Source of the DNA: an uncultured Pseudomonadota bacterium
GTDB lineage: Bacteria > Oederibacteriota > Muellerivitia > Muellerivitales > Muellerivitaceae
Length of the DNA: 64,000 nt
NCBI GenBank assembly: GCA_963770835.1
Contig: CAVYRH010000026.1
Coordinates: 544,001 to 608,000, forward strand
Direction: 5' to 3'
The notes beneath the pieces were generated by a model. It did no database searches. It had not been told where the DNA came from and saw nothing but the letters and a program-made list of their open reading frames with translations. Shown piece by piece: positions 49,514 through 58,576 of this stretch. Numbering within the stretch: position 1 is the first letter of the stretch; each line of letters begins with the position of its first letter. The translations under genes and the position numbers were made by a program.

Positions 49514-50361
49514 GATATTTAGGTTGAAAAAGAAGTTGTAACCTCTGAAAAACTCCCTGTTTTGGTTTGAAACTCTTCTCACCAGGGTTTTCAACCCCGC
49601 TTGGAGATGTTTTTGTTTCTCCAAAGGTGTTGCACTTACTCCTAGAACTCCTTTTTCGACCCTTCTTGCGTCATCTGCCTCTGAAAAAACTCCCCTTAGC
49701 TCAGGCCGCCGCCAACTTTACGGCTCTTTTCCCATTAAATGCGATGCCACAGATCAACACCCAAATCTTGTTTCGGGCCATCCCGTAGTACCTCATTCGT
49801 CCCATCGAACACCACCGCTTCAAGGTACTCATTGTCGCCTCGATCCCGCACCTCACACGGCCCCAAACCTTGTTTTGCTTTAATTGCCTCTGGGTCAGCT
49901 TCTGTCCCCGCCAAACACGATGTAACACTCGATTCCGAATCCCTCGTTCCTCCAAATATTCATCGTGTTGCGCCGACCGGTAAGCCTTGTCAGCAAATGC
50001 CTGTTCTACCCCGCGAGGAACCATGTCTTTGAAATGTTCGTGATCGTGTTCCTCAATATGACTTAGATCCATCTTTCGAATCAGGCCGCTTTTCTCGTCC
50101 TGACCCACATGAACCTTCATCCCATCCACGGCTTTTCCTTGCCGGGAGGTGTAATGAACATCTTCATCCACCGGCTTTCCCTCTTGATCCTTGGATTCCG
50201 GTTTACAGGCTCCTTCCACCAGGGTGGAGTCCACAATGGCCCCTTTCTTGACCAAAAGTCCTTTGCGATCTAAACCCTGTTGCACGGCCCCCCAAACCCG
50301 GTCTATCAAACCGGCTTCCCGGAGTCTTTCCCGAAACTTCACCAAAGTGGTGTCGTCGACG

Positions 50362-52302
50362 GTGCGTCCAGAAAAGGCAGGTGTGTTCAGCAAGAGATAG
50401 TCTTGCATGGGTAATAGCCAAAGCCCATTAGCTAGGATGGCAGGCAAGCGGGAAACCAAATGCCTGAAGCCCATCAACAAAGCCATCGAAAGGATGGTGA
50501 GCGAGTCGTCGGGCCGTAACGAAAGTAAATGCACAGGTGGCCCCGAAAACACTTGCCTCGGAGGCTGAGTCCGCCGTCGTGGGACGAAAGCATCATGGGA
50601 CAGCGCGGAGAAATGGCTGAAGCGCTGGAACACTCCGACGGGGTGATAGCAACGGCACGAAGACAAGGACACGCCAAGCAACTGGAGAAACCCTCCTTGC
50701 CCCAGGCAGAAATGCTTGGAGAAAGGTAGGCCGTATAACCGTGACGCGGGAAAACGGTCGAAGGTGAGAGGGTTTAGGATGGGTTCATGGTAGCGATGAA
50801 GCGGGGTAATGCCCGTGGAGCGAAGGAACCCTGCTGTTGTTAAGTCCCTCGACAAAACGGAAGGCAGTGACGGTATGAAAAAGACGTCAATTAACCTGCA
50901 AGACCTGAGACGAGAGATATACGTCAAAGCGAAGGCTGAAAAGAACTGGAGTTTCTGGGGACTGTACACCCATGTTTGCAAGATGGAAACGCTTCAACAG
51001 GCTTACCGAATGGCTAAGGTAAATAACGGAGCCCCTGGAATAGATGGGGTGACGTTTGATGCCATTGAGGAGGCCGGAGTGGAGTCGTTTCTGGAAAGCA
51101 TCCGGGGTGAATTAGTTCAAGGCACGTATAAGCCCGTTCGAAACCGGAAGAAGGAAATACCCAAGGGAAATGGGAAGGTAAGAGTCCTTGGGATACCCAA
51201 CATTCGGGATAGAGTAGTCCAGGGAGCACTGAAGTTTATTCTGGAACCGATTTTTGAGGCCGATTTTCAAGAAGGGTCCTATGGGTATCGACCCAAGCGG
51301 ACCGCTCATGCGGCTGTGAACAGGGTAGCATCGGCAATCGTCTGTAGAAAAACCCGAGTCATTGATGTAGACCTCAAGGCATATTTCGACACGGTAAGGC
51401 ACGACCTTCTGATGAAGAAAGTTGCCCGAAGGGTTGAGGATGAAACGGTGTTGAGATTGTTGAGGATGATCCTGAAGGCCAGCGGCAAAAGAGGAGTCCC
51501 GCAGGGAGGGGTTATTTCCCCTCTTCTGGCTAATCTCTACCTCAACGAGGTGGATAAGATGCTGGAAAAGGCAAAAGAAGTGACTCGGCAAGGGAAGAAC
51601 AACTATATCGAATATGCGAGGTTCGCTGACGATATGGTGATCCTTGTTAATGGATATCCGCAATGGGAATGGTTGGCAAAGGCTGCCTACCGAAGGTTAC
51701 TTGAAGAATTGACCAAGCTCGACTTGCAAATCAACACGGACAAGACGCGGATAGCAGACTTAACGAAAGGTGAAAGTTTCGGGTTTCTGGGGTTTGACTT
51801 TCGACAGGTGAAAACCCGTCGAGGGAAATGGGGGGTGAAGTTCACGCCGAAAATGAAGGCGCGAGCAACACTTCTGGGTAAGCTCAAGGAAACATTTGGA
51901 AGCTTCCAATCTCAGCCGGTGCAGAGGGTGATTGAGATTATCAATCCCAAACTGCGTGGGTGGGTGAATTACTTTCGGATAGGGAATTCTAGGCGCTGTT
52001 TTAACTACGTGGAAAGATGGGTCGAGAATAAAATCAGACGGCATATGATGCGTGCGAAGAAGCTCGACGGTTTTGGGCGGGATAGGTGGAGTAGGGAGTG
52101 GATATATAAGTATCTGGGGTTGTACAGAAGCTACCAAATACGATATTACCAAGAACCGAAAGCGCTACCCGTCTGATAGGTCACATAAACTTTGACAGGA
52201 AAGCAACAGGTGAGCGTAGTGCGGGAAATCCGCACGCTACGTTCGAGGAGGCGGGGACTGGAAACGGAGCCAGAAGGCCACCGCACCAGTCCTCGACCCT
52301 AC
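50362..52302 (+). mobile_element. Group II intron (1941 nt)
   Basis: 5' GTGCG, 3' ...CCCTAC; domain V gAGCgtagtgcgggaaatccgcacgctacgttc (52212-52244) and a domain VI hairpin; boundaries confirmed by exon rejoining. Confidence 0.95.
50875..52176 (+). CDS. ltrA: Group II intron reverse transcriptase/maturase (no endonuclease domain)
   Basis: GAPGIDG, R.LGIP.IRDRVVQ, SYGYRP, PQGGVISPLLANLYL, YARFADD, FLGF, maturase GW.NYF; no C-terminal HNH. Confidence 0.95.
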   Translation: MKKTSINLQDLRREIYVKAKAEKNWSFWGLYTHVCKMETLQQAYRMAKVNNGAPGIDGVTFDAIEEAGVESFLESIRGELVQGTYKPVRNRKKEIPKGNGKVRVLGIPNIRDRVVQGALKFILEPIFEADFQEGSYGYRPKRTAHAAVNRVASAIVCRKTRVIDVDLKAYFDTVRHDLLMKKVARRVEDETVLRLLRMILKASGKRGVPQGGVISPLLANLYLNEVDKMLEKAKEVTRQGKNNYIEYARFADDMVILVNGYPQWEWLAKAAYRRLLEELTKLDLQINTDKTRIADLTKGESFGFLGFDFRQVKTRRGKWGVKFTPKMKARATLLGKLKETFGSFQSQPVQRVIEIINPKLRGWVNYFRIGNSRRCFNYVERWVENKIRRHMMRAKKLDGFGRDRWSREWIYKYLGLYRSYQIRYYQEPKALPV

Positions 52303-52683
52303 TGGTACTCTCGCACCCCTTCACCCACGAACCGCTCAAAACTGCGCCGGTCGTGGATTTCTTGGACTACTTCCACATCCGACAGGCCGTACCAGGATTC
52401 CAGCAAAAGGCATTTAAACAAGATCAAAGGCGGGATGGGAGGTCTCCCCGTGTTGCCCCGGTACATTTCCATCAGCAATTTCTCGATCTTCGGAAAGTCC
52501 AGAACCTTATCCACTTCCTCTAGCATGGTCTTTTTGAGTCGCCGGTTCTTGTCCTCGTACATCCCGAAGCTGATTTGCATGGAATCCCTCCGTCTGGAAT
52601 GCTGCTATTATATTTCAGCATTTAGACGAAGGAGTTTTTCAGAGGTTACAAGTTATTTTTCAAACAAAGCGGGAAGATAGCTG

Positions 52684-53073
52684 ATGAATGAAAATTATGC
52701 TGATTTTTATAAAAGAAAGAAAACTTTAGAAATTAAATTGTTGTCGTCTTTTTTTATAATTTTCCCTGTGATTTTTGTTTCTGGTTATTTTCTTCATGTA
52801 GGTGCGCCATTAATTCTCGGAATCATATGGGTTGGGTGTTTTATTTATTTTAGTTGCCGGCTTTTCTTTATAAAGTGCCCAAAATGTAAGAAATATTACT
52901 ACATGACTAGCTGGGGTTTGGGAAACCCATACACTTCAAAGTGCATGAATTGTGGATTGCAAAAGGAACAAACCGATAAAGAACGAAAGATTGAAAAAGT
53001 AGTTTCTGTTCTGGTTCTGATTTTTTTGTTATTGGCATTCGCGTTTTTGTATTTCACTGGTGCTTTCAAATGA
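52684..53073 (+). CDS. AT-rich small membrane protein with two CxxC motifs
   Basis: Three hydrophobic helices, CPKC..CMNC zinc-ribbon-like motif; markedly lower GC than neighbours. Confidence 0.7.
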   Translation: MNENYADFYKRKKTLEIKLLSSFFIIFPVIFVSGYFLHVGAPLILGIIWVGCFIYFSCRLFFIKCPKCKKYYYMTSWGLGNPYTSKCMNCGLQKEQTDKERKIEKVVSVLVLIFLLLAFAFLYFTGAFK

Positions 53074-53123
53074 TTCAGAGCTTTTAAGCTTATACGGATA
53101 CTGGTTAAGGCTTTTGATGAGTC

Positions 53124-53149
53124 GTCCACGATGGGGAGCCGTCGTAGAC
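53124..53149. repeat. REP-like 26-bp palindrome (copy 2)
   Basis: gtccacgatgg-ggag-ccgtcgtagac. Confidence 0.6.
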
Positions 53150-53174
53150 AAAAAATTTCAAAAGGCGATAAGTC

Positions 53175-53741
53175 ATGAAAAAGCGATTTGTCCGGAGAAC
53201 AATGGTTTTTTTTATCGGTGCCGGAATCCTGGTTTATTGCCCCCTTTCCCTTTTTGCCCAATCCTCCCCGGTCTCCCAGGCGTTGGAACAAGCCAATAAG
53301 GCTTTTGATGCCAAGGACTATGTCCAATGCATGAAGTTGAATTTGGAAGCGGCGGCCAAGAACAATGCCGAGGCCGAAAGGCATGTCGGTTACTTATACG
53401 CCAACGGCCTGGGGACAAAGCAGGATTACCCCGAAGCCATGAAATGGTACCTCAAGGCGGCCGCCCAGGGGGACGCGAAAGCGGAATGCAACCTCGGCAT
53501 CCTTTTCGGCGACGGCAATGGAGCGCCGAAGGATTACGCGGAAGCCAAGAGGTGGTTTCAAAAAGCCGCCGACCAGGGCGACCCGGTCGCGGAAGTGGAT
53601 CTTGGCCAGGCTTATGAATGCGGAAACGGCGTCCCGCAAGATTACCAGCAAGCCATGAAGTGGTACCAGGAAGCCGCCGCCAAAGGGAATGAAGCGGCCA
53701 TCCAGAAGATCGCCAAACTCAAAGAAAAAATGGCAAAGTGA
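53175..53741 (+). CDS. Secreted Sel1-repeat protein
   Basis: DY.EA.KW..KAA.QG repeats; paralogous to 48540-49451. Confidence 0.9.
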   Translation: MKKRFVRRTMVFFIGAGILVYCPLSLFAQSSPVSQALEQANKAFDAKDYVQCMKLNLEAAAKNNAEAERHVGYLYANGLGTKQDYPEAMKWYLKAAAQGDAKAECNLGILFGDGNGAPKDYAEAKRWFQKAADQGDPVAEVDLGQAYECGNGVPQDYQQAMKWYQEAAAKGNEAAIQKIAKLKEKMAK

Positions 53742-53807
53742 TTCGGTTATCCGCAGCCGGGAAGCAAGGTTTAATTTTAAAGCGAAGTATTTAACAATGG
53801 GAGGGGT

Positions 53808-55187
53808 ATGAAACAGACCTATCGGTTCGCAATAGCTCTCTTGAGTTTGGCCTTAGTGGCGCAAATGCCCGTCCAGGCGCAGGAAGGTACCCCCGCCCCG
53901 GCAGCCGCCGTCCGCCTTTCCCCCGCAGGGCTTCCGCTGGTGGATTTGGAAGTTAAGGGAACCACGGTTACCGCCGAGGTAGCCAACGAGACCGCCGACC
54001 GGGAAATGGGCCTGAGGTTCCGCAAAAGCCTGGGCAAGGACGAGGGCATGCTGTTCGTCTTCGCCGCCCCCCAAACCCTCAACTTCTGGATGAAGGACGC
54101 CCCCACCCCCTTGGGCATCGCCTTCCTGGACGAAAAGGGGACCATCCTCAGCCTGGACGAAATGGAGCCCAACACCGAAACGGTCCACCCCTCCAAGGGT
54201 CCGGCCCAATTCGCGCTGGAAATGAACAAGGGCTGGTTCGCGGCCCACGGCGCCCAGCCGGGGGACCAGGTCGCCGGCATCCTGAACGCCCCTCCCGACG
54301 CCGAGTCTTCCCAAAAGCCGCCTTACACCCTGGATGCCTTCCAATTGGCCTGGGGCAAGTCCCAACTCCAGCAGATGCTCAAGGACCGGCCTGCGATGGC
54401 CAAATATATGAAAGAAGGAGATGGCCTTTGGGGTTGGACGGTGCGGCAGTTCGCGGGGGAATACGCCAAGGGCGGGGTCCAATGGGACCCGGCAAACCCG
54501 AGAGGGGATTTCGACTCCATGGCGGAAGGCGCCAACCCCTCCAAGGGCCGGAAGGCCTATATCCAGGACAGCCCGAACTACGCGATCAAGACCTTCCACG
54601 CCGGGAAGCCGAAAACCGGGATGGTCCTTTGGTGGGAAGCGGCTTTGGAACTCTGCAACCTCCAAAACCGGCCTCTTTTCGACGCCATCGACGGGGAGGC
54701 CCGCGCTGGCCGGATCGGCCGCACCGACTACGCCTTTGAAATGATGGCCGCGGAGGATCTCGTCACCAACCGCAATGCCTACCATTTTTTCTACGACGTC
54801 TGGAAGCCCAACTGCGAAAAGCTTTCCCTGAGGCCCATGGACGATGACTTCACCGGGCGCTTCGGCTCCACGGTATCGGACGGCGGGAGCCAGGGGAATT
54901 TCCTGGAGGCCTTCAAGAACCAACTGAAACCGAATACGGCCCCAGGCCAGACGGATTTCAAAAATCTTGTCGCCCAAGACTTTGCCCATCATTACCAATG
55001 GTATGTTTCCATCTATGACAAATACGCCCCGGACGTCTTCACGAAAAAGGGGCTGCCCATCCCGCCAGACAAGCCCTCGGAGGAGATCGAGAAGAAATTC
55101 CTGGACCAGATCGCGCCGGTGGCGCCCACGCCGACGGTCAGCGCCGAGGACAAGAAGGCGATGGATTCGATTCCACCGCCGCCATGA
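53808..55187 (+). CDS. DUF192 domain fused to an unknown C-terminal domain, secreted
   Basis: EVA.....R..GL.FR..L....GMLFVF, FWMK, LE...G DUF192 motifs in the first ~160 aa. Confidence 0.82.
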   Translation: MKQTYRFAIALLSLALVAQMPVQAQEGTPAPAAAVRLSPAGLPLVDLEVKGTTVTAEVANETADREMGLRFRKSLGKDEGMLFVFAAPQTLNFWMKDAPTPLGIAFLDEKGTILSLDEMEPNTETVHPSKGPAQFALEMNKGWFAAHGAQPGDQVAGILNAPPDAESSQKPPYTLDAFQLAWGKSQLQQMLKDRPAMAKYMKEGDGLWGWTVRQFAGEYAKGGVQWDPANPRGDFDSMAEGANPSKGRKAYIQDSPNYAIKTFHAGKPKTGMVLWWEAALELCNLQNRPLFDAIDGEARAGRIGRTDYAFEMMAAEDLVTNRNAYHFFYDVWKPNCEKLSLRPMDDDFTGRFGSTVSDGGSQGNFLEAFKNQLKPNTAPGQTDFKNLVAQDFAHHYQWYVSIYDKYAPDVFTKKGLPIPPDKPSEEIEKKFLDQIAPVAPTPTVSAEDKKAMDSIPPPP

Positions 55188-55200
55188 GGAGGAAAGAAAC

Positions 55201-56028
55201 ATGAAAAAAAGATTCGGTTTAGGGTTGGTCCTATCCACCATGCTTCTTGCGGCGGCAATGCCGGCAGGGGCGCAGGAAAGCGCGGCCGCCACGCCCACGG
55301 CTACAACCGCCGCCACTCCAGCCGCCCCCGCCGGGATGCCGATTACGCTCAAAGCGGAGCTCAAGAAGGGCTATATCGTCGTTCTCGCCTGGTCCGAATA
55401 CATCCCCGGCGGAAAGCTGGCTTATAACGTCTACCGCGCCGACCACTTCCATTTGAGTTTCCACAAAGTCAATTCAACCCCCATTCAGGATGAAACCAAG
55501 ATGGTGGGCATTGGCGTGAATGGGGATTGGTACTTCAAGGTGAAGCCTATCCTGCAAGCGGAGCCGCTGGTGGAAGGCCCGGAGTCCAACGAGGTGAAGG
55601 TCACGGTCACCGAGGCGCCCAAGGCCAATCTTCTCAGGCCCAAGATCACCTCCTTCACCACGGACCAAAACATTACCTATGTGAAGAACAAGGAATCGAA
55701 TGTGTTTAGGGCGCAAGTTACGCCCGGGGGTACCCCTTACCCGACCCCCTGCATCACGCGCGGCGCCTCAGCCTATATCATCGGGATCGGAAGCCATGAC
55801 AAAGCCCAAGTGGTTGTCCGGATTTTTGATGCCCACCAGGAACTGGTCCGGGAACTGTCCAATAGCGTTTTGCCTGACGACCAAAAAACCTTGGAGTGGG
55901 ACGGGAAAGACGCGGAGCGCCTTTGGGCGCCCCCCGGCAATTACTGGTTGGAGATCACCCAAAAATTGCAGGGAAAATCGTCAACCACGTATGAATCTTT
56001 TTCCGTTACGGAGGATCACCCCAAGTGA
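55201..56028 (+). CDS. Secreted protein with Fn3-like and FlgD-Ig-like domains
   Basis: Signal peptide, A/T/P linker, YNVYR..Y.V...EG.ESN, IFD...LVR.L..WDG.D..G.Y. Confidence 0.72.
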   Translation: MKKRFGLGLVLSTMLLAAAMPAGAQESAAATPTATTAATPAAPAGMPITLKAELKKGYIVVLAWSEYIPGGKLAYNVYRADHFHLSFHKVNSTPIQDETKMVGIGVNGDWYFKVKPILQAEPLVEGPESNEVKVTVTEAPKANLLRPKITSFTTDQNITYVKNKESNVFRAQVTPGGTPYPTPCITRGASAYIIGIGSHDKAQVVVRIFDAHQELVRELSNSVLPDDQKTLEWDGKDAERLWAPPGNYWLEITQKLQGKSSTTYESFSVTEDHPK

Positions 56029-56078
56029 CGGTGAGGGTTGGTTAAAAATCTCGGGAAGTATTAAAAAATAGGAGGCAT

Positions 56079-57461
56079 ATGAAACAGGTACATCGGCTTG
56101 GATTAGGATTTGCTTTCTTGATTTTGACTTTGGCGGCGGTGATCCCAGTCCGGGCGCAGGAAAGCGGGCCCGCCACACTGGCCACAACGCCCACCGATAC
56201 CACTTCCATTTCTCCGGCGGGTTCCCCGACCAGCCCGGAAAATCCCTGGGGCCTCCACTTCTTCGGCGACGTTCGCTTCCGCTTCATGTACATGGTGCAG
56301 GGCCAGGATTACGCCCCCACCTATGCCGCCACGCCCTCCCTGGCCTTTATCGACCATGAGTTGAACTACCGCATCCGGGCCCGGTTCGGCGTCACCAAGG
56401 ACTTCGGGAAGGATTTCCAGGCGGGCCTGGCCGTCATCACGGCCGGCAACGGCGATCCCACCGACCCCTACTGGACCCTGAGCGGCGGGGCCACCTTCCT
56501 CAACGTGGGGCTGGACCAGGCCTATCTTTCCTGGTCGCCGGGGGCCCTGGACCACGACCTCACCCTTTCGGGGGGCAAGATCGCCAACCCCCTCACCTAT
56601 ACCCCCATCACTTGGAGCGAGGACGTGATGCCCGAAGGGATCGGCATCCAGTACAACGCAGCGAAAGACACGCAGATCCAGATCCTCTACTTCCGCCTTC
56701 AGGACAACGGCCCCTCCACCATCGAAGGGAATGGCGCGGACCCCTTCATGGCCGACCTCCAGGTGCAGCAGAAATTCCACATCGCGGACGCCCAGGTGGC
56801 CCTGACGGCGGGCTACCAGTATGTCTCCAATACCTATTCGTTCGAGACGGGCGACGCGGGCGTAGCAACCTATATGGCGGCAAACCCCGCCCTCCCCCCG
56901 GGCGCGCCCCTTTCCGTCACATCCAAGGGAATGGTCGGGAACGCACTCAATGACGACGTCATTCCCGAAATGCACGTGGTGGAGGGTATCCTGAACGTCT
57001 CCCATACGGTCGGGGAAGAGAAGATACCGGTGCTCTGGACCCTGCACGGTGCCCTCAACCTGAGTTCCTTCACGATCAACGCAATCACCAACGCCAATGT
57101 GGCCGTGAATAATCCCGGCCTGAGCGACCCCAACGACTTGGCGCTCTTCGCCGGGTTGGAAGTGGGGAAGGCCGACCGCGCCGGGGAATGGGCGGGGGGA
57201 TTGCAGTGGGCTTATATCGAGCCCGACGCGGTCTTCGCGGCCTTCAACGACCCCAACCCAGGGACGGGCCACAACAACAACACCTGGTTCATGGGGCACG
57301 TGGAACTGGGGCTTGAGGACGGCCTCACCCTCAACGCCATGCAATACGTGGATTGGCACACCGATTACGACGTCTTCCCCACCCAGCCCACAAATATTTT
57401 CGGAACCACCAGCCGGGACCCCATGCTGAAGATTTTGATCGATGTGACGGCGAAACTTTAA
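56079..57461 (+). CDS. Putative porin
   Basis: Signal peptide; GD.RFR..R.R.RFG, DQAY, W..D..PEG motifs of the putative-porin family. Confidence 0.75.
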   Translation: MKQVHRLGLGFAFLILTLAAVIPVRAQESGPATLATTPTDTTSISPAGSPTSPENPWGLHFFGDVRFRFMYMVQGQDYAPTYAATPSLAFIDHELNYRIRARFGVTKDFGKDFQAGLAVITAGNGDPTDPYWTLSGGATFLNVGLDQAYLSWSPGALDHDLTLSGGKIANPLTYTPITWSEDVMPEGIGIQYNAAKDTQIQILYFRLQDNGPSTIEGNGADPFMADLQVQQKFHIADAQVALTAGYQYVSNTYSFETGDAGVATYMAANPALPPGAPLSVTSKGMVGNALNDDVIPEMHVVEGILNVSHTVGEEKIPVLWTLHGALNLSSFTINAITNANVAVNNPGLSDPNDLALFAGLEVGKADRAGEWAGGLQWAYIEPDAVFAAFNDPNPGTGHNNNTWFMGHVELGLEDGLTLNAMQYVDWHTDYDVFPTQPTNIFGTTSRDPMLKILIDVTAKL

Positions 57462-57512
57462 ACAGGCCATGGTTGAGAAGTTGCTGGGATCAATTTTTAA
57501 AAAGGCAGATAG

Positions 57513-58499
57513 ATGAAAAAAGGGTCGTTGATTTTGGGCTGCACAGCGGTTCTTGGAATCGTTCTTGGGATTGGGGGTTGCACATCGAAAAACCACCCGT
57601 CTTCCGAGGACTTGGTTGCCGTTGCGGGGACGGGAACGGAAGGTTATTCGGGAGACGGGGGACCGGCTACCTTGGCCGAATTCGATTTCCCCGGGGATGT
57701 GGCCTTGGACTCCTCCGGGAACCTATATGTCTGCGACCAAGGCAACCAACGAATTCGGAAAATAGATGCAAAGGGAATCGTGACAACTGTGGCCGGAAAC
57801 GGCGAGAAGGGCCTTTCGAAGGACGGCGGGCCGGCCACTTCGGTTCCGCTTTCTGACCCCACAGGGTTGGCCGTTGACCGATCCGGCAATTTGTATTTCT
57901 CGGAAATGGGGGCCGCCCGTATCCGGATGGTTACGCCCAAGGGGATCATCAAAACCTTCTGGGGAACAAGGATTGGAGCCCCGGCTCATTCCGAATTTAT
58001 CCTGGCGACGGCCATTGTTTTGGGGGCGGACGGCTATCTTTACGCCCCCGACATGGCGAATGTCGTGCGCAAAATCGACCCCCAAGGCCGGATGATGGTC
58101 GTGGCTGGAAACGGAAAACCAGGGTTCCTAAAGGATGGGAGCCCCGCAACCTCGGCCCCATTAATGAATCCAAGCGACGTGGCTTTGGATGGCACCGGCA
58201 ATCTTTACATCGCGGACGGGAGCTGTTTTATCCGAAAGGTGGATGGCGGAGGAACGATCACTACGGTCTATAGCGGCGTTCCGGGCATGCAGATCCAAGG
58301 AATGGCCTTTGACGGATCGGGAGTCCTCTTTTTTTCCGATAGTAAGACCAACCGAATTCTGAAACTCGCCCCGAACGGGGAGGCCATAGTGGTTGTGAAA
58401 AAAGATTTAAGTTCCCCCAATGGAATCACTTTCGGGCCATCGGGTGAGCTATATATCGCCGATTCCGGCCATTACCGGATCGTCAAAGTTTTGAAGTAA
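57513..58499 (+). CDS. NHL-repeat lipoprotein
   Basis: IGGC lipobox; VAG.G..G.SGDGGPAT.A....P..VA.D..GNLY.AD repeats. Confidence 0.85.
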   Translation: MKKGSLILGCTAVLGIVLGIGGCTSKNHPSSEDLVAVAGTGTEGYSGDGGPATLAEFDFPGDVALDSSGNLYVCDQGNQRIRKIDAKGIVTTVAGNGEKGLSKDGGPATSVPLSDPTGLAVDRSGNLYFSEMGAARIRMVTPKGIIKTFWGTRIGAPAHSEFILATAIVLGADGYLYAPDMANVVRKIDPQGRMMVVAGNGKPGFLKDGSPATSAPLMNPSDVALDGTGNLYIADGSCFIRKVDGGGTITTVYSGVPGMQIQGMAFDGSGVLFFSDSKTNRILKLAPNGEAIVVVKKDLSSPNGITFGPSGELYIADSGHYRIVKVLK

Positions 58500-58576
58500 G
58501 AAGAAGATCTTCGGCAGTTATGAGATCTACACGCCCCTGCTGGCGGGCGTGAAATACAATCTTTAAAGGAAAATTT

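Larger units (their letters stand above)
49701..52580 (-). pseudogene. IS5-family DDE transposase split by the intron (segments 52580-52303 and 50361-49701; 312 aa when joined)
   Basis: LFKCLLLESWYGLSD..DR.SF.RF, IVDSTL, KVHVG.D, ADKAY, R..IE motifs; removing 50362-52302 restores the frame (...VREYHVDDTTLVKFR...). Confidence 0.92.
49538..52649 (-). mobile_element. IS5-family insertion sequence interrupted by a group II intron
   Basis: 19-bp terminal inverted repeats gtaacctctgaaaaactcc (49538-49556) / ggagtttttcagaggttac (52631-52649); 5-bp direct repeat AAGTT at 49533-49537 and 52650-52654. Confidence 0.92.

Noticed and set aside
49701..50981. 426-aa minus-strand ORF in the track
   Set aside because: Chimera of the transposase C-terminal half and antisense group II intron sequence; the true N-terminus is at 52580-52303.
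50875..52176. Reverse transcriptase as a retron, DGR or defence RT
   Set aside because: The maturase domain, GTGCG/AC boundaries and domains V-VI identify a group II intron; no template/variable repeat pair seen.
52192..52680. 162-aa plus-strand ORF after the RT
   Set aside because: Spans intron domains V-VI and the antisense of the transposase; not a real gene.
46152..58499. Integron-like cassette array of co-oriented variable genes
   Set aside because: No integrase and no recurring attC (RYYYAAC...GTTRRRY) structure found between genes.
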